64,000 bases of DNA from Anaeromyxobacter sp. (GTDB taxonomy: Bacteria > Myxococcota > Myxococcia > Myxococcales > Anaeromyxobacteraceae): the NCBI GenBank assembly GCA_049840735.1, contig JASGJN010000022.1, positions 384,001 to 448,000 on the forward strand, read 5' to 3'. Shown piece after piece: positions 46,753-55,906 of this stretch; the first letter of the stretch is position 1; the number at the start of each line of letters is the position of its first letter. Made by a program: the position numbers and the translations under genes. The notes below the pieces were generated by a model that had not been told where the DNA came from, did no database searches, and saw only the letters and a program-made list of their open reading frames with translations.

Positions 46753-49008
46753 TCAGCGCGCGAGGTCCGGGTAGGCCTGGCGCAGCAGCGCGTCGGCGGA
46801 GCGCCCGCCGCGCTGCGCGGCCTCCACGTCCAGCCCCTCCCCGTGCCCCTCGCCGCGCCCCTCGAACCGGACGGTGACGCCCCGCGCCTCGGCGCGGGTC
46901 GGGCAGGCCGGCAGCTTGAGCGGGCCGCGCAGCGCCTCGCAGGGCCGGCTGCGCCGCTCCTCGTAGGGCGCGGCCGGGTCGCCGCCGCTGGCCAGGAAGC
47001 GGACCTGGCCGCCGCCGAAGGCCAGCTGGCGGGCGCCGGGGCCGAGCGCCGCCTCCACCGCCGCCTGCGTCCGCTCGGCGCTCCAGGGCTCGGACCCGCC
47101 GCGGGAGAACGGGCGCCAGGGGCCGGGCGCGAGCGGCGCCGAGAGCGCGGCCCGGTCCTCCGGGTGGACCGGCGCGACGCCGCGGAAGGCCTGGCAGTGG
47201 GTGGTGTCGCAGGCCGGGCGGCCCGGGTGGCGGCCGGCGGGGGACTGGCCGTTGGCGTCGGCCACGCGGGCCAGCGCCACCCGCGCCTCGCCGGCCAGCC
47301 CGTCGGCCTCGGCGGCCACCACGCCGGCCGCGTAGCCGAGCCGGGTGGCGCGGAGCACCAGGTCCGAGCCGCGGCGGGCGCGGGCCTCGCGGGCGGTGGC
47401 GGGCGTGCCGGTGGAAGGGGAGGGGGCGCGGGCCGGCGCGGGCGGCGCCCAGGTGAGGACGCCGGCGTAGGTCCGCAGCGGCACGCCCTTCCCCTTCACC
47501 TCCCAGCCGCCGCCGGCGCAGACCAGCGGCCCCAGCCTGGCCAGCGGCGCCAGCGGCGCGAACCCGGCCGGCGTCGCCACCGGGCCGGCCGATGCGGCGG
47601 CGAACCCGGCGCCGGCGCAGCGCGCCTCCAGCGCCGCGGGGTCCACCAACCCCAGCACCTGCACCCGCGCCGCCCCGTCGGCCGGGGTGCGCGCGCGGGC
47701 CAGCGCCGCGGCGAGGTCGCCGGCGAAGCTGCGCGGGGTCCGGCCGCTGCGCACCATCACCACGACCACGTCGCGGTCCACCGCGGCGACGAGCCCGAGC
47801 CGCGGGTTGGCGGCCGCGTCCAGCACGGTGCCGGTCTTGAGGGCCACGCCGCGCAGCGCGGGGGAGGCCGGGAGGCCGGAGAGCGTCCCCTCGGCGGCGT
47901 TGCGCGAGAGGACGTCCACCAGGTCGGGCCGGGCCTCGGCCAGGAGCCGGTAGGCCTGGGCCAGCCCCAGCGGCGAGAGGCGCAGCGAGGGCTTCACGCC
48001 GATGGCCTCGGCGCCGTCGGCGGGCAGCGCCGAGAGCCCCAGCGCGCGCAGCGCCGGGCCCCAGCGGCCGAAGCCGATCACGGCCGGCGAGCGGGCCGCC
48101 CAGTCCAGGAACCAGCCGTTGCAGGAGCGGAGCAGGGCGGTGGCGGCGTCCACGCGCGCGGGGAGCTCCGGCCCGCAGCGCCAGGTGGCGCGGCCCGGGT
48201 CGGGGGCCAGCGCCGGCAGCGGCCCGGGCGCGCCGGCCAGCAGGAAGGGCTTGAGCGTCGAGCCGAAGGGGATGGGCGCACGCGCCGCCCCCTCGGCCAG
48301 CAGCACCTCGCCGCCATGCCGGGACAGGACCACCAGCGCGTCGCCGGCCGGCGCCTCCGGCGCGGCCAGGTCCTCCGGCCGGAGCGGGAGCCAGCTGGCC
48401 CCCGCCTCGCAGCGCCCCAGCGGGCGCGCCAGCGCCGGGGGCAGGCGCCCGGGGCGCGCCGGGGTCTCCGCCAGGAGCCGCGCCAGCGCGCGGCGCGCCG
48501 CCGGCGTGTCGAGCGCGGCCGGGTTGGCGCCGGCCGCGGCCTGCCGGGCCTGCAGCGTCCCGATGGCGCGGGCCAGCGGCAGGTAGCGCTGCCCCTCCTC
48601 GGCGGCCGCCCAGCTGGCCAGCTCGCCGCTGGCCGCCAGCGCGAAGGCCTCGTGGAAGAGCCGGTCGCCGGCCGCGGCGGGGCAGGCCTCCAGCAGCAGC
48701 TGGTGGGCCACCTCGTGGCGCAGCGCCAGGCCGCCGGCGCCGGAGAGCGGCAGCTCGGGCCGCAGCGCGATCACGCCCGGCCGGCTCTGCCCGGCCTCGG
48801 CCGGCCCCAGCGCCGCCGGCAGGAGCCGCACCGGGCGGGGCGCGGCCGGGAGCGCCACGCCCTCGGCCGCCAGCAGCGCCGCCTGGTCCTCCCAGGCCCG
48901 CGCCGCCAGCGCCTCCGCCTCGGCGGGCAGGCCGCCCCCGGCGCGGAAGGCCGGCGGCGGCGCGGGGGCCACCGCCAGCAGCGCCAGGGCGGTCGCGGCC
49001 AGGATCAC
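46753..49008 (-). CDS. YfaQ-like multidomain protein (HExxH, PBP-transpeptidase-like and SpoIID/LytB-like domains)
   Basis: LRHEVAH...FHEAFA; GSTLKPF, RSCN, KTGT; VVAAE...CDTTHCQAF...GEGHGEGL; last gene of the yfa-like operon. Confidence 0.72.
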   Translation of the reverse strand: MILAATALALLAVAPAPPPAFRAGGGLPAEAEALAARAWEDQAALLAAEGVALPAAPRPVRLLPAALGPAEAGQSRPGVIALRPELPLSGAGGLALRHEVAHQLLLEACPAAAGDRLFHEAFALAASGELASWAAAEEGQRYLPLARAIGTLQARQAAAGANPAALDTPAARRALARLLAETPARPGRLPPALARPLGRCEAGASWLPLRPEDLAAPEAPAGDALVVLSRHGGEVLLAEGAARAPIPFGSTLKPFLLAGAPGPLPALAPDPGRATWRCGPELPARVDAATALLRSCNGWFLDWAARSPAVIGFGRWGPALRALGLSALPADGAEAIGVKPSLRLSPLGLAQAYRLLAEARPDLVDVLSRNAAEGTLSGLPASPALRGVALKTGTVLDAAANPRLGLVAAVDRDVVVVMVRSGRTPRSFAGDLAAALARARTPADGAARVQVLGLVDPAALEARCAGAGFAAASAGPVATPAGFAPLAPLARLGPLVCAGGGWEVKGKGVPLRTYAGVLTWAPPAPARAPSPSTGTPATAREARARRGSDLVLRATRLGYAAGVVAAEADGLAGEARVALARVADANGQSPAGRHPGRPACDTTHCQAFRGVAPVHPEDRAALSAPLAPGPWRPFSRGGSEPWSAERTQAAVEAALGPGARQLAFGGGQVRFLASGGDPAAPYEERRSRPCEALRGPLKLPACPTRAEARGVTVRFEGRGEGHGEGLDVEAAQRGGRSADALLRQAYPDLAR

Positions 49009-49011
49009 GGG

Positions 49012-52000
49012 TCACCGCGCCGCGGAGGGCACGATCTCCAGCGTGGTGGCCGCGGTCCGGCCGTGCACGCGCGGCGCGTACATGTCCTCGATGGTGGCGG
49101 GCGGCGCCGAGAAGCGGCCCGGGAAGGCGGCGCGCATCACGTAGCCCACGGTGCGCGGGCTGGCGCTCCACCAGGCCGGCTCCTCCAGGTAGAAGAGCGC
49201 GCGCTCCGGGGAGAGCGAGCGGCGCTTCACCGCCTCGTGCCCCAGCGGCAGGTCGTAGGGCGGGCCGCGCCAGGCCTTGTCCTCGGAGAGCGGCGCGAAG
49301 CCCGCCGGCACGGCGTCCTCCACCACCGTGTAGGCGGAGCGGAGGGCGCGCCAGCCGTCGCCGGCGTGGGCGTCGAGGGTGAGCTCGACGTAGACCTCCT
49401 CACCCTGCGTGACCTTGTCGCCGGCGCCGAGCGGCTTCCGCTGGCCGCCCGGGAGCAGCCGGTAGTAGCGCCGCTCGATGGACATGCCCTGCGCCTCGGC
49501 CTTGACCGAGGCCAGCGGCACGCGCACCCGCGCGCGCAGCTCGGCCTGCCCCTCGAACGCCGCCACCGTGACCGCCTTGACCGACGGGTCCAGCCGGGCC
49601 GACTGGCCGGCGCCGCGGGCCTCCAGCTTCACCGCCCCGCCGCCCTCCGCCTTCACCTCCGGCGGCGGCGCCGCCTTGAGCGCCTTGGCCTCGCGCTCCA
49701 CCAGCCAGAGGCTGTGCAGGATGGCGGTGGAGCGCTCGAAGGTGGAGAGCGCGCCGCGGTCGGCCAGCGCCTCGGCCAGCCGCCGCCGCGCCGCCGCCAC
49801 GTCCACCTCGCCCAGCGAGGCGGCGTGGCCGATCACGGCGGTGAGGCCGGCGCGGCGCAGCGGGTAGTGGTAGGCCACCTCGGGGTCGAGCTGCAGGCCG
49901 GCGGGCTGGGCCAGCGCGTCGCGCGCGCGGGCGGTCAGCACCGCCAGCGCCGCCTTGACCGGCGGCTCGGCGGCGATGCCGGCCCGGTCGGCGGCCAGCG
50001 CCGCCAGGGCCACGGCGTAGAGGTCGGGGTTGCCCGCCTCGCCCACCCTGGCCAGCAGCGCGCGCACCCGCACCGCCTGGCGCGGACCGTCCAGCCGCGC
50101 CAGGACGTGCACGCGGGTGGCCTCCAGCTCCAGCGGCAGGTCCTCCCTGGCCTCGATCCAGCGGGCCGACTCGACCACCCGCGGGTCGTCACGCGAGAGC
50201 AGCCCGGCGTCGATGGCGTAGGTGAGGCCGTCCAGCGCGATCAGCGTGAGGGGCACCGAGGGCTGGTCCTCGCCGGAGAACCAGGTGAAGCCGCCGCCCG
50301 GGCGCGCCAGCGCCAGGATCCGCTCCAGCCCCTGCGCGGAGCGGGAGCGGGCCTCGGCCAGCAGCGCGCGGGAGGGCGCGTCGAGCGCCTCGAGCTGCCC
50401 GGAGGTCTCGAGCAGCCGCTGCAGCGCGATGTTGGGCACGGTGGTGGAGACCAGCTGCTCCAGGCAGCCGTGCGGGTAGGTGAGCAGCTCGTCCACCTGC
50501 GCCATCATCAGCGAGAGCGTGGAGGGGCGGAGCGCCAGCTGCAGCTCCTGCACCTGCGCCCCGGCGGGCAGCTCGAGCGCCAGCCGGCCGCCGCCGGAGG
50601 CGGAGGCGGTCAGCACCTGCTCCACCGAGCCGGGCCGCACCGGCACCTCGCGCCGGTCGGCCAGCGGGCGGTCGCCCCCCTGCAGCGCCAGCACCACCCG
50701 GCCGCCGCCGGCCTTCGCGGCCTCCAGCGCCACCGGGATCACCTGCTCACCCTTGGCGGCCAGCGCCACCGAGGCCTTGACCGGCGCGCCGGAGAGGGCG
50801 CCGTCCAGCGCCACCGCCAGCTCCACCTTGCCGGCCTGCCCCTTCTCGCCGCGCGCCAGGCGCACCGAGCCGACGGCCCGGTCCCCTTCGCGCAGGAAGA
50901 GCGGCGCCGAGGCCACCACCAGCGTGCCGCCGCGGGCGGTGAACTCGCCGGTGCCCTCGCCGAAGCGCCCGGAGGCGTCGGCGGCCACCGCCGTGACCGT
51001 CCAGATGGTCTGGTTGGCCGGCAGCGGGAAGGTGACCGTGGCCCGGCCGTCCTCGTCGGTGGTGACGGCCGGGTGCCAGAAGGCCGTGTCCACGTCGCGC
51101 TGCTGGGTGGGCGGCTTCACCGCCGCGAAGGCGTGGCCGCGGGCCAGGAAGGCGCGGGCCAGCGCCTCGCCGTAGCCGTACCCCTGGAACTCGGAGGACG
51201 TGAAGGTGGCCACGTTGTTGCGGACCAGCGGGTAGAAGAAGTCCAGCGCGCGCGGGCGGAGCTCGCCCTGCAGCGCGTAGATGGCCTTGTCCACCACGCC
51301 CACCGAGAGCTGGGCGCGCACGCCGTGGCCCTGGTGGTCGGTCACGCGCAGCGCCAGCGTCTGCGGGCCCAGCGGCTCGGCCTCCGGCCGCTCCGGCGAG
51401 ATGCTGACCTGGAGCAGCCGCTCCAGCGGGACGATCCGGAACGGCACGGTCCGCTCCTCCCAGCGCCCGGCGGCGGTGGGGTAGGCGACCGAGGCGTAGA
51501 CGGCGCTGCCGAAGCGCTTCTCCACCGGGAAGCGGTGGATGAGCGAGAGGCCGTCCACCTCGACCAGCCGGGTCTCGAAGAGACCGGCGCCGGAGAGCGT
51601 GACCCACACCCGCCCCTTGGCCTTGCCGTCGGGGCCCCAGCGGTCGGGGAAGAGGGCCACCAGCTCGGCCTCCTCGCCCGGCGCCAGCGCGCCGCCGCGC
51701 GAGGCCAGCTGCAGCGCCGGCACCCGCACCGACTCCTGGCCGTCCTTGCCCACCACCAGCAGCGAGGTCTCGCCCGACCACTCGTGCCCCTGGGCGTCGA
51801 GCAGCTTCACCCTCGCCACCACCGTGCCGGCCGCGGGGGCGGGCAGGGCGCAGCGCCAGGTGCCGTCGTCACCGGTCGTGAACTCGGCCTCGGAGAGCTT
51901 CTTCTCGTCGCCGTCGGCGCGCCGCAGCGCGAACGCGACCTTGCCCTTCACGCCGCCCAGCGCGGCGCCGGAGAGGCGGGCCGAGCGGACGGCCAGCGTC

Positions 52001-53754
52001 GAGTCGGCGCCCTCCAGCGTGACCACGCCGCCGGCGCGGAGCGTGCCCAGCACGTCGGCCGGGGCCAGGAAGAAGGGGCGGGCCGACCCGGCGAAGGCGC
52101 CCTGGTCGTCGCGGGCGCGCACCGAGACGCTGTACTTCCAGGGCAGCCGCTCGTCGCCGGCGCCCAGCGCCGGCACCGGGAGCTCCACCGTGGCCTCTCC
52201 GTTCGCGTCCAGCTCGGCGGCCTTGGCCCAAGGGTCCTCGGCGTAGGTGTCGCCGCGGGCCTCCAGCGAGGAGTAGAGCCGCTCCGGCACCGAGAGCTTG
52301 CCCTCGGTGGTGGAGGCGGTGCCGTAGGTCACCGCGCTGCCCTGGCCGCCCAGGCCGGCGTCGTCCACCCAGGCAGGGCTGTCGAGCTGCGTGCGGTAGA
52401 GGAACACCTCGTAGCGCGCCCCCTCCGGCGCGCCGCCGGAGTAGCGGCGGGCGCGGACGTGCACCTTGACCGTGCCGCCGGGCTGGATGGCCTCGGTGTC
52501 GCCGGTCACCTCCACGTAGAAGGTGGGCTTCACGTAGTCGTCCACCCGGGCCTCGGCGCCGTGCGGGGCGCCGTCCACCCGCGCCTCCAGCCGGACCACG
52601 CCCGGCTCCACGTCGCCCGGGACGGAGAGCCGCCCGTAGAAAGCGCCGAACTCGTCCACCTTGGCGCGCGCCTCGAGCTCGCGCCCCTCGGCCACCTGGA
52701 GCGACACCTCCACCTCGCGGCTCTTCGGGGTGAAGAGCCGGGAGAGGAAGGCGTCCGGCTGGCGGACCAGGCCGCGGAAGAGCACGTCGTCGCCGGGGCG
52801 GTAGATGGGCCGGTCGGTGTAGACGAACACGTCCGGCGTGGCCGCCAGGGTGGAGTAGAAGTCGGTGTCGACCAGCGCCTGGTCCTCGCCGGCGCGCGCC
52901 ACCACCATCACCCGCGGCTCGCGGGTGGAGAGCCGCACCTCGCCGCGGTCGCCGGTCTTGCCGCTCGCCACCACGGCGCTGCCGGCCCGCACCTGCACCT
53001 CGGCGCCCTGGACCGGCGCCAGGTCCTGCCCGGCCACGCGGACCAGCAGCTCGCCGTCGGTCTGCTTCACCTGCACCTTGAGGTCGGTGACGACCAGCAC
53101 CACCTGGCCCTCCACCTTCCCCTGCACCAGCTGGACGAGGTAGACGCCAGCCGGGAGCGGGTCGAGCGACACCTTCCGCTCCTCCCAGCTGCCGCCGTTC
53201 CACTCCTCGAAGCCGGGCACGTTGTAGTCGCGCTCCGGGCCGCCCAGGTCCAGGTTGAGCCAGGTCTGGCGCACCAGCGTGGTGCCGGGCGGGAGCCCGA
53301 CCAGCTTCTCCGGCCCCTCCGCCAGCCGCACCACCGGGCGCCGCTGCCCCTCGGTGCCGGTGCGGGCGGGGACCGCCTCGGCCAGCTCCTGCCTGAAGGT
53401 CTCGCCCAGCGCGTTGTAGAGGTAGGTGCCGGGGAGCCGGGCCGCGTTGACGCCGCGCGACAGGTAGCGGCCGGGGTTCTCCTGCGTGTCCGGCTGCGCG
53501 TAGGCGCGGCGCAGGTTGGCCTGCTGGGCCAGGAAGCGGTCCAGCGAGTCCGGCTTCACCACGCGCAGCTCGACCGGGCCGCGCCGCTCGAAGGCCAGCT
53601 CGAGCACGGGCGCCTCGCCGGTGCCGTAGGTGCGCGGGACGGTCAGGTAGAGCGGCTTGGCAGCCTGGGCCGGGGCGGCGGCCAGGGCCAGGGCGGAGAG
53701 CGCCGCCAGCGCCAGGAGGCGCGCGGGCATGGGCGGGGTGCGGATCTTGCTCAC
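49012..53754 (-). CDS. Alpha-2-macroglobulin family protein (YfaS/MagD-like)
   Basis: YTDRPIYRPGD, DYVKPTFYV, GVVDKAIYALQ, DTAFWHP, YPHGCLEQ, PATIEDMY; signal peptide. Alternative in-frame starts: ATG 53730 and GTG 53868. Confidence 0.9.
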   Translation of the reverse strand: MSKIRTPPMPARLLALAALSALALAAAPAQAAKPLYLTVPRTYGTGEAPVLELAFERRGPVELRVVKPDSLDRFLAQQANLRRAYAQPDTQENPGRYLSRGVNAARLPGTYLYNALGETFRQELAEAVPARTGTEGQRRPVVRLAEGPEKLVGLPPGTTLVRQTWLNLDLGGPERDYNVPGFEEWNGGSWEERKVSLDPLPAGVYLVQLVQGKVEGQVVLVVTDLKVQVKQTDGELLVRVAGQDLAPVQGAEVQVRAGSAVVASGKTGDRGEVRLSTREPRVMVVARAGEDQALVDTDFYSTLAATPDVFVYTDRPIYRPGDDVLFRGLVRQPDAFLSRLFTPKSREVEVSLQVAEGRELEARAKVDEFGAFYGRLSVPGDVEPGVVRLEARVDGAPHGAEARVDDYVKPTFYVEVTGDTEAIQPGGTVKVHVRARRYSGGAPEGARYEVFLYRTQLDSPAWVDDAGLGGQGSAVTYGTASTTEGKLSVPERLYSSLEARGDTYAEDPWAKAAELDANGEATVELPVPALGAGDERLPWKYSVSVRARDDQGAFAGSARPFFLAPADVLGTLRAGGVVTLEGADSTLAVRSARLSGAALGGVKGKVAFALRRADGDEKKLSEAEFTTGDDGTWRCALPAPAAGTVVARVKLLDAQGHEWSGETSLLVVGKDGQESVRVPALQLASRGGALAPGEEAELVALFPDRWGPDGKAKGRVWVTLSGAGLFETRLVEVDGLSLIHRFPVEKRFGSAVYASVAYPTAAGRWEERTVPFRIVPLERLLQVSISPERPEAEPLGPQTLALRVTDHQGHGVRAQLSVGVVDKAIYALQGELRPRALDFFYPLVRNNVATFTSSEFQGYGYGEALARAFLARGHAFAAVKPPTQQRDVDTAFWHPAVTTDEDGRATVTFPLPANQTIWTVTAVAADASGRFGEGTGEFTARGGTLVVASAPLFLREGDRAVGSVRLARGEKGQAGKVELAVALDGALSGAPVKASVALAAKGEQVIPVALEAAKAGGGRVVLALQGGDRPLADRREVPVRPGSVEQVLTASASGGGRLALELPAGAQVQELQLALRPSTLSLMMAQVDELLTYPHGCLEQLVSTTVPNIALQRLLETSGQLEALDAPSRALLAEARSRSAQGLERILALARPGGGFTWFSGEDQPSVPLTLIALDGLTYAIDAGLLSRDDPRVVESARWIEAREDLPLELEATRVHVLARLDGPRQAVRVRALLARVGEAGNPDLYAVALAALAADRAGIAAEPPVKAALAVLTARARDALAQPAGLQLDPEVAYHYPLRRAGLTAVIGHAASLGEVDVAAARRRLAEALADRGALSTFERSTAILHSLWLVEREAKALKAAPPPEVKAEGGGAVKLEARGAGQSARLDPSVKAVTVAAFEGQAELRARVRVPLASVKAEAQGMSIERRYYRLLPGGQRKPLGAGDKVTQGEEVYVELTLDAHAGDGWRALRSAYTVVEDAVPAGFAPLSEDKAWRGPPYDLPLGHEAVKRRSLSPERALFYLEEPAWWSASPRTVGYVMRAAFPGRFSAPPATIEDMYAPRVHGRTAATTLEIVPSAAR

Positions 53755-53892
53755 GAGCGGAACCCTCCAGGAACGAGCCCCTTCGACTTCGCCTGTCCTG
53801 AGCGTAGGCCCGCCTCGCGGGCCGGAGTCGAAGGACTCAGGGCGGACGGCCTTGTTCGGCGCGGTCACGAGCGGAACCCTCCGGGCACGAGC
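53751..53892. repeat. Nested palindromic element (copy D, 53779-53849) flanked by a 28-bp direct repeat
   Basis: 53751-53778 and 53865-53892 match at 26/28 and are 114 bp apart. Confidence 0.88.
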
Positions 53893-55322
53893 TGGCGGTC
53901 CTTCGCGACGCCGCGCAGGCCGACGTACGGCAGCTCCTCCAGCAGGCGGCGGGCCGCCTCGATCTCCGGCGCCACCTTCTTGCCCCGCTCCGAGGTCCAG
54001 GCGTCGCCCAGCAGGCGCGAGAGCGCGCGGCCGGGGTTCACGCCCAGGCCCAGCGAGACCGGCTGGCGCAGCCCCTCGGCCACCGCGGGGGCGGCGTCCA
54101 GCATGGACGGGGCCTTGCCGTTGCAGCTGCGCTGCAGCGTGGCGGCCAGCGCCGGGGTCGAGGCCAGCACCACGTGGCCGCAGGCGCGGGTGGTGGCCAG
54201 CACGTTGCCGCCGCCGGTGAAGGCGTCCTGCAGCGCGGCCGCGTCGCGCTCCGGCCAGGCCAGCGCGACCTCGGTGTCGAGGGCGTCGGCGCCGCGCGGG
54301 TTCCAGACCAGCGCCACCGTCCGCGGCGCGCGCTTGCCGGAGTACTTCCTCGCCAGGTGCGCCTTGAGCGAGGCGCGGTCGAGCGGCTCGGGCAGGTCCA
54401 GCGTGGCCAGCACCACCAGGCCGGCGTCGCCGGGGAGGAGCTTCAGGAGCTTGTCGGAGGGGGCCGCCGCGGCCAGCCGCTGCGGATCCTCCAGCTCGCC
54501 GCCCAGGCCGCGCGGCACCAGCCGCTCGCCCTCGACGCCGAAGAGCAGGCGCGGCGCAGGGCCCAGCCCCAGCAGCGCGAAGCCCAGCTGCGCCTCGCGG
54601 CCGAGCCCCTCGCGCGCGATGGAGACGGCCAGGTCCACGCCGTCGCCGCGCTCGACCGCCGGGGGCGGCAGGCAAATGGCCTGCACCACCGGGATGGGGT
54701 TCTTGGCCAGGTAGAGCTGGCCGTCGCGCTGCGCCGCGAAGACGGCGTGGTCGGCCACCAGCCAGCGCGAGACCACGATCTTCTCCGCCAGGTCCTTGTC
54801 GGCGCCGGGGCAGCGGGCCGCCTCGAAGCGGCCGCTGCGGGTGGCGCCCTCCATCAGCTCGAAGGCGCCGCGCGCCGAGGAGGACGGGTCGGGCACGATC
54901 ACCGCCGGGCTCCCGGTGGCGCCGGGGCCGCCGTAGAGCACCACGCGGAAGGGATTGGCCAGCAGCCGCGAGGCCACCAGGTCCGCCACCGTGCCCTCGA
55001 AGGCGCCGGAGAGGTCGGTGCCGCGCGTCCCCAGGAACGCGCCCCAGTCCCCGCCGAACCCCTTGCCCAGCGGCTCGGCCAGCGCGCGCTTCGTCCACTC
55101 GCTGCGGAGCGAGGCCTTCCAGACCGCCTCGGGCGCGTAGACGTCGGCGTAGATCGACAGCTCCGGCGCGGCGTCGCCGGCCTGGAGGGCGATGGGCGGC
55201 TTGGCGTCGGCGCCGCCGCTGCGGGTGTGCCGGGCCTTCAGCAGGGCCACGCCTGCGACGGAGCCTGCCACGAGCAGGATCGCGCCCGAGGCGGCGAGGA
55301 GGAGCTTCGTTCGGCGGGTCAC
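53865..55322 (-). CDS. Membrane-anchored hypothetical protein in the YfaA position of the operon
   Basis: GTGA-coupled start VTRRTKLLLAASGAILLVAG (single TM). Homology to YfaA is inferred from gene order only. Confidence 0.7.
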   Translation of the reverse strand: MTRRTKLLLAASGAILLVAGSVAGVALLKARHTRSGGADAKPPIALQAGDAAPELSIYADVYAPEAVWKASLRSEWTKRALAEPLGKGFGGDWGAFLGTRGTDLSGAFEGTVADLVASRLLANPFRVVLYGGPGATGSPAVIVPDPSSSARGAFELMEGATRSGRFEAARCPGADKDLAEKIVVSRWLVADHAVFAAQRDGQLYLAKNPIPVVQAICLPPPAVERGDGVDLAVSIAREGLGREAQLGFALLGLGPAPRLLFGVEGERLVPRGLGGELEDPQRLAAAAPSDKLLKLLPGDAGLVVLATLDLPEPLDRASLKAHLARKYSGKRAPRTVALVWNPRGADALDTEVALAWPERDAAALQDAFTGGGNVLATTRACGHVVLASTPALAATLQRSCNGKAPSMLDAAPAVAEGLRQPVSLGLGVNPGRALSRLLGDAWTSERGKKVAPEIEAARRLLEELPYVGLRGVAKDRQLVPGGFRS

Positions 55323-55904
55323 GGGGTCCACTCCTTGAAGCGGTAGAAGCCGAGGAAGAGGGGGTTCTCGGCGGTGGGGCGCCAGCCGCCGGGGGCGTCG
55401 CTGGCCAGCGCCTCCAGCCGGCCCACGCGCACGGCGGCGCCGGGCTCGCCCGGGTGGTAGACGACCAGGGCCTGGCCGTGGCCCGGATCGTCCGGGACCA
55501 CCGCCAGCATGAGGTGGAAGACCGGGCCGGACGCGTCCTCGCGGCCGAAGGCCACCAGGTCGCCGGAGCGGAGCGCCGCGCGGGCCGCCGCGTCGCGCCC
55601 CAGCGGCGCGAAGGAGCCGCGCAGCAGCGTGGCCGCGTCGGCGAAGTGGGCCGGGCGCCCGGCGGCGTCGAGGAAGAGGCCGCGCGCCACCCGCGCCGGC
55701 GCGAAGCGGGCGAAGGCGGTCCGGTAGGCGAAGCGGACCAGCCCTGCGCAGTCGCGCTGCGCCTCCTCCCAGGCCGGATTCGACGCGGCGCCCCTGCGCC
55801 AGCGCCGTCTCGGCGATCATCCGGCGCAGCACCGCCTCCGGCGGCGCCGGGGCGGGCGCCGGCGGCGAGGCCAGCGCCGCGGCCAGGAGGAGCGAGGGGA
55901 GCAT
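55319..55904 (-). CDS. DUF1175/YfaT-like protein, apparent +1 frameshift at 55779-55780
   Basis: Removing one base gives RRVDPAWEEAQRDCAGLVRFAY; later GDLVAF, FHLML, VVYHPG, WRPTAENPLFLGFYRF. Confidence 0.8.
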
Positions 55905-55906
55905 GG

